Shown: positions 40,682-53,668, numbered from the stretch's first letter. The stretch: 64,000 bases of DNA from Octopus sinensis (GCF_006345805.1 NC_043005.1:65968001-66032000), one strand, 5' to 3'. A program made the numbers and translations. The notes: generated from the sequence alone by a model not told the origin.

Positions 40682-40690
40682 GTATATATA

Positions 40691-40931
40691 TTCTTTTACT
40701 TGTTTCAGTCATTTGACTGCAGCTATACTGGAGCATCACCTGAAGGGGTTTTAACAAAACAAATCGACCCCATGACTTATTCTTTGTAAGCCTAGTACTT
40801 ATTCTTTTGATCTCTTTTGCTGAACCGCTAAGTTACAGGGACACAAACACCAACATCAGTTGTCAAGTGATGGTGGCAGGAATAAACACAGACACAAATA
40901 TATACACACATATATATACACACACACACAC

Positions 40932-40970
<39 letters not shown>

Positions 40971-41124
40971 ATGGGCTTCTTTCAGTTTCTGTCTACAAAA
41001 TCCATTCTCACAAGGCTTTGGTCAGCTCAAGGCTATAGTAGAAGACACTTGCACAAGGTACCATGCAGTGGGTCCAAACTTGGAACCATGTGGTTGGGAA
41101 GTAAGCTGCTTACCGCACAGCCAT
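40691..41124 (-). mobile_element. SINE family A
   Basis: Reverse complement of the 9506-9873 family. Confidence 0.85.
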
Positions 41125-41299
41125 ATATGCAGAGTGTGGATTTCAAATTGGTACCTCAGTTTAAGCATGAAATGAAATACTATTTTGAAAGCTATGCTAT
41201 GATGTAAACTAATATTGCTTTCCTTTCAGGTTGTATCTTATTCAAAAAATGTTGAACCCAGACAGACTGAAATAATACAAGTGGCCTGAGAAGTGGAAA

Positions 41300-41790
41300 A
41301 GGAAGGTGTTTGTGTATGCAGTCTGTATCAGTATGAAACACATGAGCCATTGTTCACAACCTAAAGCCCCCACTGCAGACAGTCCAGAGTGGGGAGGAAG
41401 AATTAGAGGACAATAACTTTGATGTTGGTACTGTGGCTACTAGAAAAACTCATAATCGCAGGAAACAAAGGATGAAAGAAGCTGATTTCATACTGAAAGT
41501 TGAGCAGCTCATTGAAGAAGACCCCTCCATAGCTATACACAAGATTGCCAGAGCTGTGATGATAAAACAGCTAGGACTTTTGTGAATGAAGACCATTATT
41601 ACAAGTCTTACAAAATGTTGACAAGACAGTTGCTCATGCAAAAGTTCAAGGAAAAACTGGGTGAAGAGAACCAAGTTGTTGAACAAGTCGAAGCATCTCC
41701 TGGAATTAGATGGATATAATAAAAACAAGCAGAAAACAGTTCTAGTATTCAATGCTTTATAGGACATTGTGTTACAGCAAAATGTCAAAA
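41300..41790 (+). mobile_element. Tc1/mariner-superfamily (maT/DD37D-like) transposase N-terminal relic
   Basis: RKTHNRRKQRMKEADFILKVEQLIEEDPSIAIHKIARAV...FVNED; motif style only. Confidence 0.5.
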
Positions 41791-41819
41791 TAATTACATA
41801 TGTAAATATAAATAAATAT

Positions 41820-42365
41820 ACATCATCATCATTTTTAACGTTCATTTTCCATCCTAGCATGGGTTGGGCGGTTCAACTGGGGTCTGGGAAGCCAGGAGGC
41901 TGCGCCAGGCTCCAGTCTGATCTGACACTGTTTCTACAGCTGGATGCCATTCCTAACGCCAACCACTCTGTGAGTGTAGTGGGTGCTTTTTACTTGCTAC
42001 CGGCACAGGGCCAGAGGGGGCTGGAAAACGGCCATGATTGGTTGATGCTTTTTATGTGTCACCAACACGGACACCAGTCAGGCGGCGCTGGCATCAGTCA
42101 CGTTCAGATGGTGCTATTTACATGCCACTGGCATGGGTATCACAACTACAATTTCCATGATTTTCATTTTGATGTTGATGTACTTGACTCAATAAGGTCT
42201 CCTCAAGCACAGTGGGTCATCCTATGATCCAAGGTTAGCACAGCAGGCCATCCTGCGAGCCATGAACTCACTTCATTTGTCAAGTCCTTGCAGTCACAGC
42301 ATATCTCAGAGGTCTCGGTCTTTTGTCATTGCCTCTGTGAGGCTCAACATGCCACCGGCACGAGT
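41820..42365 (-). mobile_element. RTE 3' end (family B) including the last ORF codons
   Basis: (CAT)n tail plus family-B body. MLSLTEAMTKDRDL at about 42306-42350. Confidence 0.8.
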
Positions 42366-42649
42366 ATCACAACTACAGTATCCATTTGATTTTTTTTGAG
42401 GTACATTATATATATATATCATACATACACACATAAATATATATCTACATATTTGATTGAGTGTGGAGAATGAAGTAGGTAAATACATACACTATATGTT
42501 TCCAGGGAAGCCAACTGGAGTTATGTAACTGATGGTTATTACATATATATTCAGCCTCCTTTCCTTCAGGTACTCTTGTTTCCAAAGTTCATTGGCTGAT
42601 TTTGGGGTTACTTACCATTTCTTTCATCACTTAAAGCAACACTACTATA

Positions 42650-43050
42650 GGCATAGGAGTGAGTGTGTGGTAAGTAGATTGCTTACCAACCACATGGTTC
42701 CGGGTTCAGTCCCACTGCGTGACACCTTGGGCAAGTGTCTTCTACTATAGCCTCGGGCTGACCAAAGCATTGTGAGTGGATTTGGGAGGTGGAAACTGAA
42801 AGAAGCCCGTTGTATATATTTATATATATGTGTGTATGTGTATATGTTTGTGTGTCTGTGTTTGTCCCTCAACATCGCTCGACAACCAATGCTGGTGTGT
42901 TTACGTCCCCGTAACTTAGCAGTTCAGCAAAAGAGACCGATAGAATAAGTACTAGGCTTACAAAGAATAAGTCCTGGGGTCGATTTGCTTGACTAAAGGT
43001 GGTGCTCCAGCATGGGCACAGTCAAATGATTGATACAAGTAAAAGAGTAA
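42650..43050 (+). mobile_element. SINE family A
   Basis: Full-length match to the family. Confidence 0.85.
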
Positions 43051-43831
43051 GGGTAACATTTTCATTAAAAGATTCTTTTAATGAGCACATTCTTTGCAAC
43101 CCAATCAATTTAGACTTTTCTTTCATAGTAACAGATATTTTGATTCAAGATCAAATTTTCACTCATATCGACCTCATATTTTGACTTAACATTCTTTATA
43201 ATAAACTTGAAAACTGAAACAGTGATAAAGCCAAGAAGTGCTCATGAGTAACTAAAAGTTTACCTTAAGAATATATGCAGCCACTGCTGTTAGTCATTGA
43301 TGAGAATGCCATACTCAGTTTGTTTGAGAATTAAGTTTGTTATGGAGCCTAGAAGAGCTTGCAAGTGACTAAAATTTCACCTTAAGAATAACTTTGAAGG
43401 AACGAGCCAGTTCCTTCAAAGTTACAAAAAATAAAGAAAACTTCAACTATTTTAACCTGATCTTTTCAGTATTGAACCAAATTCCAATTATTTTATATCA
43501 AAATGGGGCTGAACACTGGACCATTATTCATACCAAAAGGGGTGCATTCAATTTGTTTGAAAACAGATTTAGTGATGAAGCTTAGAAGTGCAGGCAAATA
43601 ACTAAAGGTTCGTCTTACAAATATATTAACCCACTGCCATGGGTGAATGTTAACAGTGCCGTATTCGATTAGCTTGAATACGACGTTAAACGATGATGAT
43701 GATGAACATTATAAAAGGCAGTAACTGATGTGATTGGTTGCTTAGTGTAACATAACAAAGAGAGTAGTTTTTTTTTTTTTTGGTGGGCCAAGAGGTGTGG
43801 AGTTCATTTTTGTATAGCTAGTCCCCATCTA

Positions 43832-43972
43832 TTAGGTTGTCCCAAAAGTTCGTAAACACTTGCGAAAATTGAATTTTTACTCGCCAAGTACTAACAAAAA
43901 CAACAAAGATTATTCCTCAAAATAAAGACCATTATTTTCCAAGACTTTCTACAAACTTTTGTGACAACCTTA
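43832..43972. mobile_element. 141-bp mariner-derived MITE
   Basis: TIRs ttaggttgtcccaaaagttcgta and tacaaacttttgtgacaacctta, flanked by TA. Confidence 0.8.
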
Positions 43973-45116
43973 TATTTTTACTGTTTTCCAAAGGCATTTC
44001 ATTGATTTTCTAAGCTGTTTTCACTTCTATTCTGCTTTCAAGGCTTTCTTTATGTTTAGTAAAACACAAACTGTCACGTCCCTTCAAAGATATTAAGGTC
44101 AAACTTTTGTCACTTGGAAGCTTTGATAACTCCAACGGATTCATTTCTTTGCTCTTCGCCGTCATTCATGAGATGTCGAGATTTCTATTTACACATACTG
44201 GAAAACATTTTTTCTTTTTTTTTTGTGTGTGTGTGTGTGTACTTCATAATATATCTAATCCTTGGTCGTAATTCATTTTTATTTATATCTTTTCTCAGCA
44301 AATGTTTCCCTACTTAAAAGGAAACAAGTCTTATATTCATTACATTTGCTAAGGGAGGCAACTTTATGTATTCATCATATTTGTTCTTTCCCATAGTTTT
44401 TATGGGAGGTAACTGCAGGATGACTAAAGGAGAATTTTTTTTTAAATATTCAACATAGTTTAAGACAATTTCTTTAAAATTTTTTTCTGACAATATTTTT
44501 TTTAGATCTCATGGTTTTATACAAATAAGATTTCTATGATTCTGCAAAATATTGTACACAAATTTAAATACTATCAGTCCCCTAATTTCTATATAAACAT
44601 AATTTCAACCTTAACCTAAAGCACCCATTCTAAGTGCTTACACCAAACCCTAATTTTAAATCCTAAATGTAAAGCCTAATCTCAAAACTAGCCTTCAGCT
44701 TATTTCTAAATTCTAAACCCTAACACTGATCCAAATCTTAACGCCAATCCTGCCCCTAAGATTATTTTTTTCGTGTAGATTAGCAATCTACTACGTTTAA
44801 AGCATACATTTTTGGGAGAAGCTTTTCAGGTGTTGGGTTTGCAATTAGAACTAAGATACCAAACACGCTGACAAATGATCGTTTGATGAGTGAAACTTAA
44901 ATTTGCTAGTGCTACTACCCTAACCTTCATCAGCTGAAATATTCTTGGCCCTCATGGTATTAGACTTTGTCTTCTTTCTTTTGGCAATGAACTTAACCTC
45001 CTTATCACCAATGTCATATTTCAACAACCTAACTGGTTCGAAACTATTTCAACACATCCAAGGTCAAAAGCATGACATTTGATTGACAACATTGTAACCA
45101 AAAAAATGTATTCAAT

Positions 45117-45485
45117 AGGAGTGGATGTGTGGTAAGTAGCTTGCTTACGAACCACATGGTTCCGGGTTCAGTCCCACTGCGTGGCGCCTTGGGCAAGTGT
45201 CTTCTACTATAGCTTCAGGCTGACCAAAGCCATGTGAGTGGATTTGGTAGACGGAAACTGAAAGAAGCCTGTTGTATATATGTATGTGTGTCTGTGTTTG
45301 TCCCCCCAACATCGCTTGACAACCAATGCTGGTGTGTCTACATCTCCGTAACTTAGCAGTTCGGCAAAAGAGACTGATAGAATAAGTACTAGGCTTACAA
45401 AGAATAAGTCCTGGGGGCGATTTGCTCGACTAAAGGCAGTGCTCCAGCATGGCCACAGTCAAATGACTGAAGCAAATAAAAGAAT
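45117..45485 (+). mobile_element. SINE family A
   Basis: Full-length match to the family. Confidence 0.85.
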
Positions 45486-46145
45486 GTGACATTCACCATA
45501 CTTGCTCCATCCAAAGCACATGTTGGTCATCTGATCACTCTCTGTTTAAAGCAGTGTTTGGGCTGTCTAAGCTATCATTTCAACTTCAGATAAAGCATAG
45601 AATACACAATGCAAAATTTCTTAAACAAATAAATGTTCAGTCACTTGATGTCGAAAGAAACGCACTATTGTCTTAAATGCTTGATGTGCAGCTTAAAGTA
45701 TGCTGAATTTAAAACAGCTATAAAACAAATGGTATCAGGTAAATCACCTGGTGATGATGCAATTCCAACTGAAGTGTGCAAATATGGAGGTAATGAACTT
45801 GTGCATAAACTTTGTTCATTTTGATTTGGAAGAATAAGGTTCCTTAGGAATTTAAAGACTCCTCTATTATTTATTTATTTAAAAAAAAGGGAAGAAACAA
45901 TTGTGTAACAACCATTGAGGTATATCACTACTTTCTGTGGAAGGCAAGATCCTAGCCGGAGTCATTCTGTTCTCAACAGAACAACTCACCTGGTACATCA
46001 TGCTTATCCTGAATCTCAGTGTAATTTCAGGGCTGAGAGAGGAACCATAGACATGATGCATTGTTTGTAGCAGGTTGCAGAGAAACTACGGGAGAACATA
46101 GTATTTATTGAATTAATCAAGTCTTATAACTCCATGAATTGTGAA

Positions 46146-46375
46146 GCGCCATCCGATCGTGGCCGTTTGTCAGCCTCGTCTGGCACCTGTGCCGGTAGCA
46201 CGTAAAAAGCACCCACTATACTCTTGGAGTGGTTGGCGTTAGGAGGGGCATCCAGCCGTAGAAACATTGCCAAATCAGACTGGGCCTGGTGCAGCCTTCT
46301 GGCTTCCCAGACCCCAGTTGAACCGTCCAACCCATGCTAGCATGGAAAGCAGACGCAAAACGATGATGATGATGT
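46146..46375 (+). mobile_element. RTE 3'-end repeat (family B) nested in the LINE
   Basis: ...ccgtccaacccatgctagcatggaaagc...cgatgatgatgatg. Confidence 0.8.
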
Positions 46376-46556
46376 GGTCAGGCCAGAAGATTGGGATTCC
46401 TAATAAAATGCTTGGTGTTATAAAAACATGAAAGCTTCTGTTAAGTCAAATAGCACATCAACAGATCCTGTTCATGTAAAAAATGAGACTAGGCAGGGGT
46501 GTGTAATGGCCCTTTTGTTTGTTATTTACTTTTCTCTGATAGTATAACTTCAAGGA

Positions 46557-46805
46557 GTGGAGGCGCGTGGCTTAGTGGTTAGGGTGTCAACATCATGATT
46601 GTAAGATTGTGATTTTGATTCCTGGACCGGGCGACACGTTTTGTTCTTGAGCAAAACATGTCATTTCACGTTAATCCAGTTCACTCAGCTGGCAAAAATG
46701 AGTAATGCTGCAATGGACTGGTGTCCCGTCCAGCTGGGGAACACATATGCCATTGAAACCGGGCCTGGCTAGGCTTTAAAAGGGCGTATTTATATATTTA
46801 TTTAT
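46557..46805 (+). mobile_element. tRNA-derived SINE (family C-related) with 14-bp target-site duplication
   Basis: TATAACTTCAAGGA at 46543-46556 and 46806-46819. A box tggcttagtgg. Confidence 0.85.
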
Positions 46806-47814
46806 TATAACTTCAAGGACTATCATAATGGTGTTTTTTTTGAATTTAGAACATCAGGCAGGCTCTTCAATCACCAAGGAATTAAGACAAGGACCCTTAC
46901 TAGGATGAAAATGCCTTTAGACTTCTTGCTTGCAGGTGATACAGCCTTTAGTAGCTAATTCTTTCCAGGAAGCACAAGAAGTTGTATGTTGGTTTTCCTG
47001 TGGCAAAAGCATTTGACCAAACAATAAGTGTGAAAAGGACAGAAGTCATACACTAGCCACAACCAACACCTATCCAAAGAAGAGGTATAACACTACGTAG
47101 GCCTCAATACAGTGCACCACCACATAAACTTCTTGTAGACAAGAAGCAGCTAATGTATATGAAGTCCTTTACATATTTAGGAAGTAAAATCATTTCTAGT
47201 ACTTCTTTAGATAAAAAAAATAGTAAATGGGATCATCAAAGTTAGTGATGTCTTTGAAAAGCTGTGAATAAGGGTGTAGAATGAGAGGATCGAGTTTGAA
47301 AAGCAAAATCTTAGTTTACCATGTTGTTGTTGCCCCCAACATTTTTGTATATGTCTGAATTGAGGACACCATAAAGACGGCATATCACAGTTCAATACTT
47401 TCCACAAAAGAAGTCTTAGAAACAACTGTGGTTTCACATGGAAGGACAAAGTTTCTAATGAACAGTTGTTTCATATGATATACAAAGAATAGAGATCTTC
47501 TCTGATGCAGTCTCAAGATGGGCTGGTCATCTTTCTACGGTCATGTTTCTAGGTCAAAATTTTCGGCAGAAAGACTGCCGAAAATTTTCACATATGGTCA
47601 TTCAAATGGGAGTGCAAAATGTAGGAAGACCTTAGATACAAAGATAAGCTGAAGAAAAATATCAGAGTTTAAGGAATGTGCTACTGACAGTAACAGGTGG
47701 AGGAAGATTTGTCAAAATGGCATCAAGAGCCATGTTAACAAGGATTGAGTAGCTATGTGATCTAAGGCAAGGTCAAAAGAATGCAGTTTCCTTTCTATGT
47801 TTTGTGCGTGAAAG

Positions 47815-48028
47815 GTGGCGAGCTGGCAGAAACATTAGCACGCTGGGTGAAATGCTTAGTGGTATTTCGTCTGTCTTTACATTCTGAGTTCAAATTCTAC
47901 CGAGGTCAACTTTGCCTTTCATCCTTTTGGGGTCGATAAATTAAATACCAATTGTGTACTGGGGTCGATCTAATCGACTGGCCCCACCTCCCCAGAAATT
48001 TCAGGCCTTGTGCCTAGAGTAGAAAAGA
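47815..48028 (+). mobile_element. Well-preserved SINE family D with 18-bp target-site duplication
   Basis: atgttttgtgcgtgaaag (47797-47814) and atgttttgtatgtgaaag (48029-48046). Confidence 0.85.
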
Positions 48029-48569
48029 ATGTTTTGTATGTGAAAGACGCAGCCTGTTTTACAAAAATAAAGCAAGTCTAGTGTCTGATGAAAAACACAA
48101 ACACTAAAATGCAGAGTTAAAAAAAAAAAAAAGTAAAATTCTTTGTAAATATGAGAGAACCCATTATATTTGTGTGTGTGTGTGTGTATTGTTATATTTT
48201 GGTCTTTTTTTTTTTTTTACCAAACTAACACATGCACTATATATTCATTCTTCACTTTAGCTTTATTACTGTTATTTTAGAGTCCTTTGTCTGAAATCTT
48301 TTGTTACACATCTTGTGACCTCTTCAGCAACTCTATCTCACGTGTCTCCTCCTCCTGTTCTGTTTAGTCCATTCTGTCTTTCTATGGTGTGTGTGTTTAT
48401 TATATCATATATATATATATTATTCAAATTATGCAACAAAAGCAACTCTAGAGTAAAATCTTTATCTACATAATAGATTTAATGTATGTATATCATTGAA
48501 AAACCTGAAACTATAATTTTTGTCCAGGAATTTTTGAGTCAAGTACACCAACATCAAAAATCAATGGAA

Positions 48570-48902
48570 ACTGTAGTTGTGATCCCTGGGCCGGTGGCAT
48601 GTAAAAATCACCATCTGAACGTGGCCGATGCCAGTGCTGCCTTGACTGGCTGGCACGTAAAAAGCACCATCCGATCATGGTCGATGCCAGCTTCTCTAGC
48701 CTTTATGCCGGTGGCACGTAAAATGCACTCACTACACTCACAGAGTGGTTGGCATTAAGAAGGGCATCCAGCTGTAGAAACACTGCCAGATCAGACTGGA
48801 GCCTGGTGCAGCCTTCTGGCTTCCCAGATCCCCGGTCGAACCGTCCAACCCATGCTAACATGGAGAACGGACGTTAAACGACGACGATGATGATGATGAT
48901 GA
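48570..48902 (+). mobile_element. RTE 3'-end repeat (family B)
   Basis: Family body and (GAT)n tail. Confidence 0.8.
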
Positions 48903-49339
48903 AAAAAAATCCCTTTATAGTCATCAAAAAACACATATTACAGAGCTAGGCAGAACGAAATTGCCTCAGAAATGACAGTAAATGTGATGTGGCTTGTCAA
49001 TGCCATGTACACAAGTCACTTCTGAAATGAGGTTGAAGTGGCCAGTCTGAAGTATATAGAGACAGTGCATACACAATACACTTGCTTGCACTGATGCCAC
49101 TTAGACTGAATAAAATTTGAATTATACAATAGGAGCAGCTCTAGAGGAAAATCTTTGCAGCTTGTCAATGTTATGTACTCATGAATTTCATTCAGCTTAA
49201 GCAGTGTCATTGCAAATCAGTGTATTGGTTACACACAGTTTCTGTATATTTTAGACTGGCCAATTCAACCAGGTTTTAGAAGTAATGAGACACTGACAAG
49301 CCACAAAAGTGGTGCATTCGTTGCTCTTACAGTCACTTC

Positions 49340-49940
49340 TATCATCATCATCATCGTTTAACGTCCGTTTTCCCTGCTAGCATGGGTTGGACGGTTTGAC
49401 CGGGGTCTGGGAAGTCAGGAAGCTGCACCAGGCTCCAGTCTGATCTGGTAGTGTTTCTACAGCTGGATGCCCTTCCTAATGCCAACCACTCCGTGAGTGT
49501 AGTGGGTGCTTTTTATGTGCCAGGGTAGGCTGGCAATGGCCACAAACGGTTGGTGCTTTTTATGTGCCACCAGCATGGAAGCCAGTCAAGATGGCGCTGG
49601 CATCGGCCATGTACAGATGGTGCTTTTTAGGTGCCACCGGCACAGGTGCAAGGGGAGGCTGGTAACGGCCACGATCGGTTGGTGCTTTTTACGTGCCACC
49701 AGCACAGAAGCCAGTCAAGGCAGCGCTGGCATCGGCCATGTACGGATGGTGCATTTTACATGCCACCGGTACAGGTATCGCAACTACAATTTCCATTTGA
49801 TTTTTGATGCTGATGTACTTGACTCAATAGGTCTCCTCAAGCACAGCAGGTCGCCCTACGATCCAAGGTAAGTACAGCAGGCCTTCCTGCGATCCAAGGC
49901 ACTTTGGAAGGGCTGGGGCTTCTATGTGAAGCTGGTGCAT
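49340..49940 (-). mobile_element. RTE 3'-end repeat (family B)
   Basis: (CAT)n tail and family body. Confidence 0.8.
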
Positions 49941-50665
49941 TGCCTAGCACTGAAAAATATTGTGTTTCTTAATGCAATATGTCTATAAAGGGATATTTTT
50001 CCTGGATGAAGATTGCAACAACTGTTAAGATGTTATATATCAGATATTGCATGTATATCCATTTCTGGTGTGAAATATTTTCATTGATATTGTGTATTTC
50101 TAACATAAAAAAGTAGTGATGTTATCCAAGTTATATAAAAAATATATTTCTCACTGAATATCCCACAATTTCAAATAAACCAATATTATCTTTTCTCCCT
50201 TCTGGAAATATGTTAGATGAAATATATGAGTCTTTGAAAGAATGTTTTTATTGAAAATGTCACAATGAAGAAACAGTTGTGGTTTATATAATATAGTATT
50301 GGACAGTTATTACACTGTTTTATCTACTTTTCTATATAATGAATTCATGATAAATTTTCTTTTTTAGTTAGCATATCTAGCAATTTTATGAATATGGTAA
50401 GGTATCAATATTCATAAAATTACTTAATATATAGAAGAAAAAAATAATACATTTAATCAACAAAATCTTTGAATGAAAAATACTGTATAAGTTGTATGTA
50501 CTTTCATCTTCTTGATATAGGAAAGTATCAATACTGATTTTATGAATACTGATATTTTTGTTGAGCAAATAAAATGATCAAAAGAAAAAGAAAAATTTCA
50601 TTGATAAAAATCAGTTTATGTTCCATGTGTTGCGCTGTATGATCCAAGTTTTGATATTGATACAG

Positions 50666-52279
50666 TTACTCAGCTGTATGAATAAATAAATGCATAGTTA
50701 AGTGACTTTTTTGAGAGAATGATTTATCACAGATATCACAGTGATATGGTTTCTCCCCTGTATGCGTACGCTTGTGTTTAGTTAAGACACCATTTTCAGA
50801 GAATGATTTTCCACAGATATCACAGCAATATGGCTTTTCTCCCGTATGAATGTGCTTGTGTTTAGTTAAGCTACTTCCTGCAGAGAAGGATTTACCACAG
50901 ATATCACAATGATATGGTTTCTCTCCTGTATGAATACGTCTGTGAGAAGTTACTTGATCATTTCGAGAAAATGATTTACCACAGATATCACAGTGATATG
51001 GCTTCTCCCCTGTATGAGTACGTTTGTGTTTAGTTAAGACACCATTTTGAGAGAATGATTTACCACAGATATCACAGTGATATGGTTTCTCTCCTGTATG
51101 AGTATGTTTGTGCTTAAACAATTGACTACTTCCAGAGAACGACTTTCCACATATATCACAGTGGTATGGCTTCTCACCTGTATGGATACGTTTGTGAGAA
51201 GTTAAGGTATTTCCACGGGAGAATGATTTACCACAGATATCACAATGGTATGGCTTCTCTCCTGTATGAATATGCTTGTGTTCAGTCAGGTGGCTACTTA
51301 CAGAGAATGATTTACCACAAGTATCACAGTGATATGGCTTCTCTCCAGTATGAACACGTTTGTGTTTCGTTACATGACCATTTTCAGCAAATGATTTTCC
51401 ACAGATATTGCAGTGAAATGGTTTCTCACCTGTATGAATACGTTTGTGAGTGAGTAATTGATTATTCTGAGAGAATGATTTACCACAGATATCACAATGA
51501 TATGGCTTCTCTCCTGTATGAATACGCTTGTGAGCAGTTAAGTGACTACTTTCAGAGAATGATCTGCCACAGACATCACAGTGATATGGTTTCTCTCCTG
51601 TATGAATACGTTTATGAGTAGTTAGGTTACTACTTCCAGAGAATGATTTACCACAAATATCACAGTGATACGGTTTCTCTCCTGTATGAACACGTTTATG
51701 TTTAGTTAAATGACCATTTTCTGAGAACAATTTACCACAGATATCACAGTGATATGGTTTCTCTCCTGTATGAATGCGTTTGTGTTTAGTTAAGGGACTA
51801 GTTTCAGAGAATGATTCACCACAGATATCACAGTGGTATGGTTTTTCTCCTGTATGAATACGTTTGTGTTTAATTAAACTATTTCCTATAGAGAATGATT
51901 TCCCACAGATATCACAAGGATATGGTTTCTCTCCTGTATGAATACGTTTGTGTTTATTTAAATCACCACTTCCAGAGAATGTTTTACCACAAATATCACA
52001 GTGATATGGCTTTTCCCCACTGTGAATACGTTTGTGAGTAGTTAAGTGACCTTTTTGAGAGAAAGATTTACTACAAATATCACAGTGATATGGCCTATCT
52101 TTTGTATGACTATATTTGTGAGTAGTTGAAGCATTTCTGTGAGGGAATGACTTACCACAGATATCACAATAATATGGCTGCTCTCCAGTATAAATGTGTT
52201 TGTGAAAAGTTAAGGTAACCTTTTTTTGAGACACTGACATTTTTACAAACTTGCTTATCTCCCAACCGCATCGCTTCAT
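50666..52279 (-). CDS. Tandem C2H2 zinc-finger protein, 18 intact fingers plus a degenerate N-terminal finger, no KRAB/SCAN/BTB domain evident
   Basis: 537-aa ORF with 18 repeats of 28 aa ([28 protein letters not shown]). Start codon uncertain (52279 or 52240). Confidence 0.95.
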   Translation of the reverse strand: MKRCGWEISKFVKMSVSQKKVTLTFHKHIYTGEQPYYCDICGKSFPHRNASTTHKYSHTKDRPYHCDICSKSFSQKGHLTTHKRIHSGEKPYHCDICGKTFSGSGDLNKHKRIHTGEKPYPCDICGKSFSIGNSLIKHKRIHTGEKPYHCDICGESFSETSPLTKHKRIHTGEKPYHCDICGKLFSENGHLTKHKRVHTGEKPYHCDICGKSFSGSSNLTTHKRIHTGEKPYHCDVCGRSFSESSHLTAHKRIHTGEKPYHCDICGKSFSQNNQLLTHKRIHTGEKPFHCNICGKSFAENGHVTKHKRVHTGEKPYHCDTCGKSFSVSSHLTEHKHIHTGEKPYHCDICGKSFSRGNTLTSHKRIHTGEKPYHCDICGKSFSGSSQLFKHKHTHTGEKPYHCDICGKSFSQNGVLTKHKRTHTGEKPYHCDICGKSFSRNDQVTSHRRIHTGEKPYHCDICGKSFSAGSSLTKHKHIHTGEKPYCCDICGKSFSENGVLTKHKRTHTGEKPYHCDICDKSFSQKSHLTMHLFIHTAE

Positions 52280-52644
52280 AAAAAAGAAATTGATCCTTGA
52301 AGTTTCACATATAATCCACTTTTCTGTAATTTATTCCCATTCATATATTTTTATGTTGCTGGAGACATTTCTACTCATATTTCCATCAGCTGTGATCTTT
52401 GTTGACATTAGAAGATGTAAACTCCTTTGTATATTTTTACGAGTTTAATTATAATTCAAAGTCTTCTTATACACATGGCAGACACAGAAGAGAAATTTTG
52501 CTATTAATTTCAAAGCAGAAATATTTCTCAGGAATTTACCATATATTTATGCAAATGGCTTCTGTCAGTTCTCTGTAACATCTTCCTTTAGTCTTTAAAA
52601 GATGATAAATTAAAGATTCTGTTCTATCAATGTCATCTGATATT
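52280..52644 (-). other. Putative 5' untranslated part of the zinc-finger coding exon
   Basis: Minus-strand acceptor ttttctctattatttcAG ends at 52645. The next 365 nt contain stops in the ZNF frame. Confidence 0.55.
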
Positions 52645-52699
52645 CTGAAATAATAGAGAAAATATATATAATATAGAGGATACTTAAAATGTTAAGAAA

Positions 52700-52940
52700 T
52701 TCATCATCATCATTTTTTAATGTCCATTTTCCATGCTGGCATCGGTTGGACGGCTTGAAAGGAGCTAGCAAGGTCAGTGAGCCACATCAGGTTCTATAGT
52801 CTGTTAGAAGGCTATGATAAACAAAAAGGGGCTAAGAACTGAGCCTTGGTGAATGCCCACCTGCACACTAAATTCATTGCTATGCTCAGGGCTGACTTTC
52901 ACTTTATTGACAGCATCCTGTACATGGCTTGGCTAACTCT
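52700..52940 (-). mobile_element. RTE fragment (RT piece fused to 3' tail)
   Basis: EFSVQVGIHQGSVLSPFLFII on -; (CAT)n tail near 52703. Confidence 0.7.
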
Positions 52941-53112
52941 CACACAGACACACATACATTATATATGTATATATCGCTCGTATTAAATATATAAATACTT
53001 TAATAGTATTAATATTTTGATACAATTGAGCACTCAATATAAATTCAGTACATAATATTCTTATTGAATATATTTACCTAAAGATTTATACATTATATAT
53101 ATATATTAGATA

Positions 53113-53385
53113 TAACATTTGACAATTATTCGGTAGCCATGATAAAACTCTGAGTTTCAGATGTCGGGGCGGAAACCTGCACTGGCATCTCTTCAGTTAT
53201 CGGACCATCAAAAAATGCTATGGAAATGGCTTGATAACTGAAGAGATGCCGGTGCAGGTTTCCGCGAGTTTTATCATGGCTACCAAATAATTGTTACATA
53301 TCATATTTAGAGATAAATTCCTCTATTTACATAATAATCGAGGTCTCTTTCATTCTTTTGTTGTCTTACCATTACTATCAATACA
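53113..53385. mobile_element. Fold-back PLE-type terminal repeat (same family as 350-810)
   Basis: About 53115-53201 is inverted to about 53233-53297. The + arm lacks the cccgacatccgaaactc segment. Confidence 0.75.
53141..53201 (-). ncRNA. Minimal type I hammerhead-like motif
   Basis: GATAA-CTGAAGA-GATG...CATC-(T)-GAAA-CTC-A-GAG-TT-TTATC, with a perfect 5-bp stem I. Confidence 0.55.
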
Positions 53386-53522
53386 TTATATTTATATATA
53401 TATCGTAGTGTCAAGGAATATATCATAGACTGGTTATTAAATTACAATGTCATGTATAACGCTACTATAGACTTTAGTTAATGTTTTAATAACATTACTA
53501 TAGATTATAGTAATATATCTAT

Positions 53523-53668
53523 GTTAGGAAGGGCATCCAGCCGTAGAAACATTGCCAGATCAGACTGGGCCTGGTGCAGTTTTCTGGCTTTCCAGACCCC
53601 AGTTGAACCGTCCAACCAATGCTAGCATGGAAAGCGGACGCTAAATGATGATGATGATGATGATGTTA
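53523..53668 (+). mobile_element. Short RTE 3'-end repeat (family B)
   Basis: ttaggaagggcatccagccgtag...gatgatgatg. Confidence 0.8.

Larger units (their letters stand above)
45640..47760 (+). mobile_element. Decayed RTE (BovB-like) LINE with nested insertions
   Basis: EFKTAIKQMVSGKSPGDDAIPTEVCKYGG, GISLLSVEGKILAG, ESQCNFRAERGTIDM, RQGCVMA and LRWAGH motifs across frameshifts. Confidence 0.8.

Noticed and set aside
51166-51453. 95-aa ORF antisense to the zinc-finger gene
   Set aside because: Shadow frame of the 84-bp finger repeat, with no independent features.
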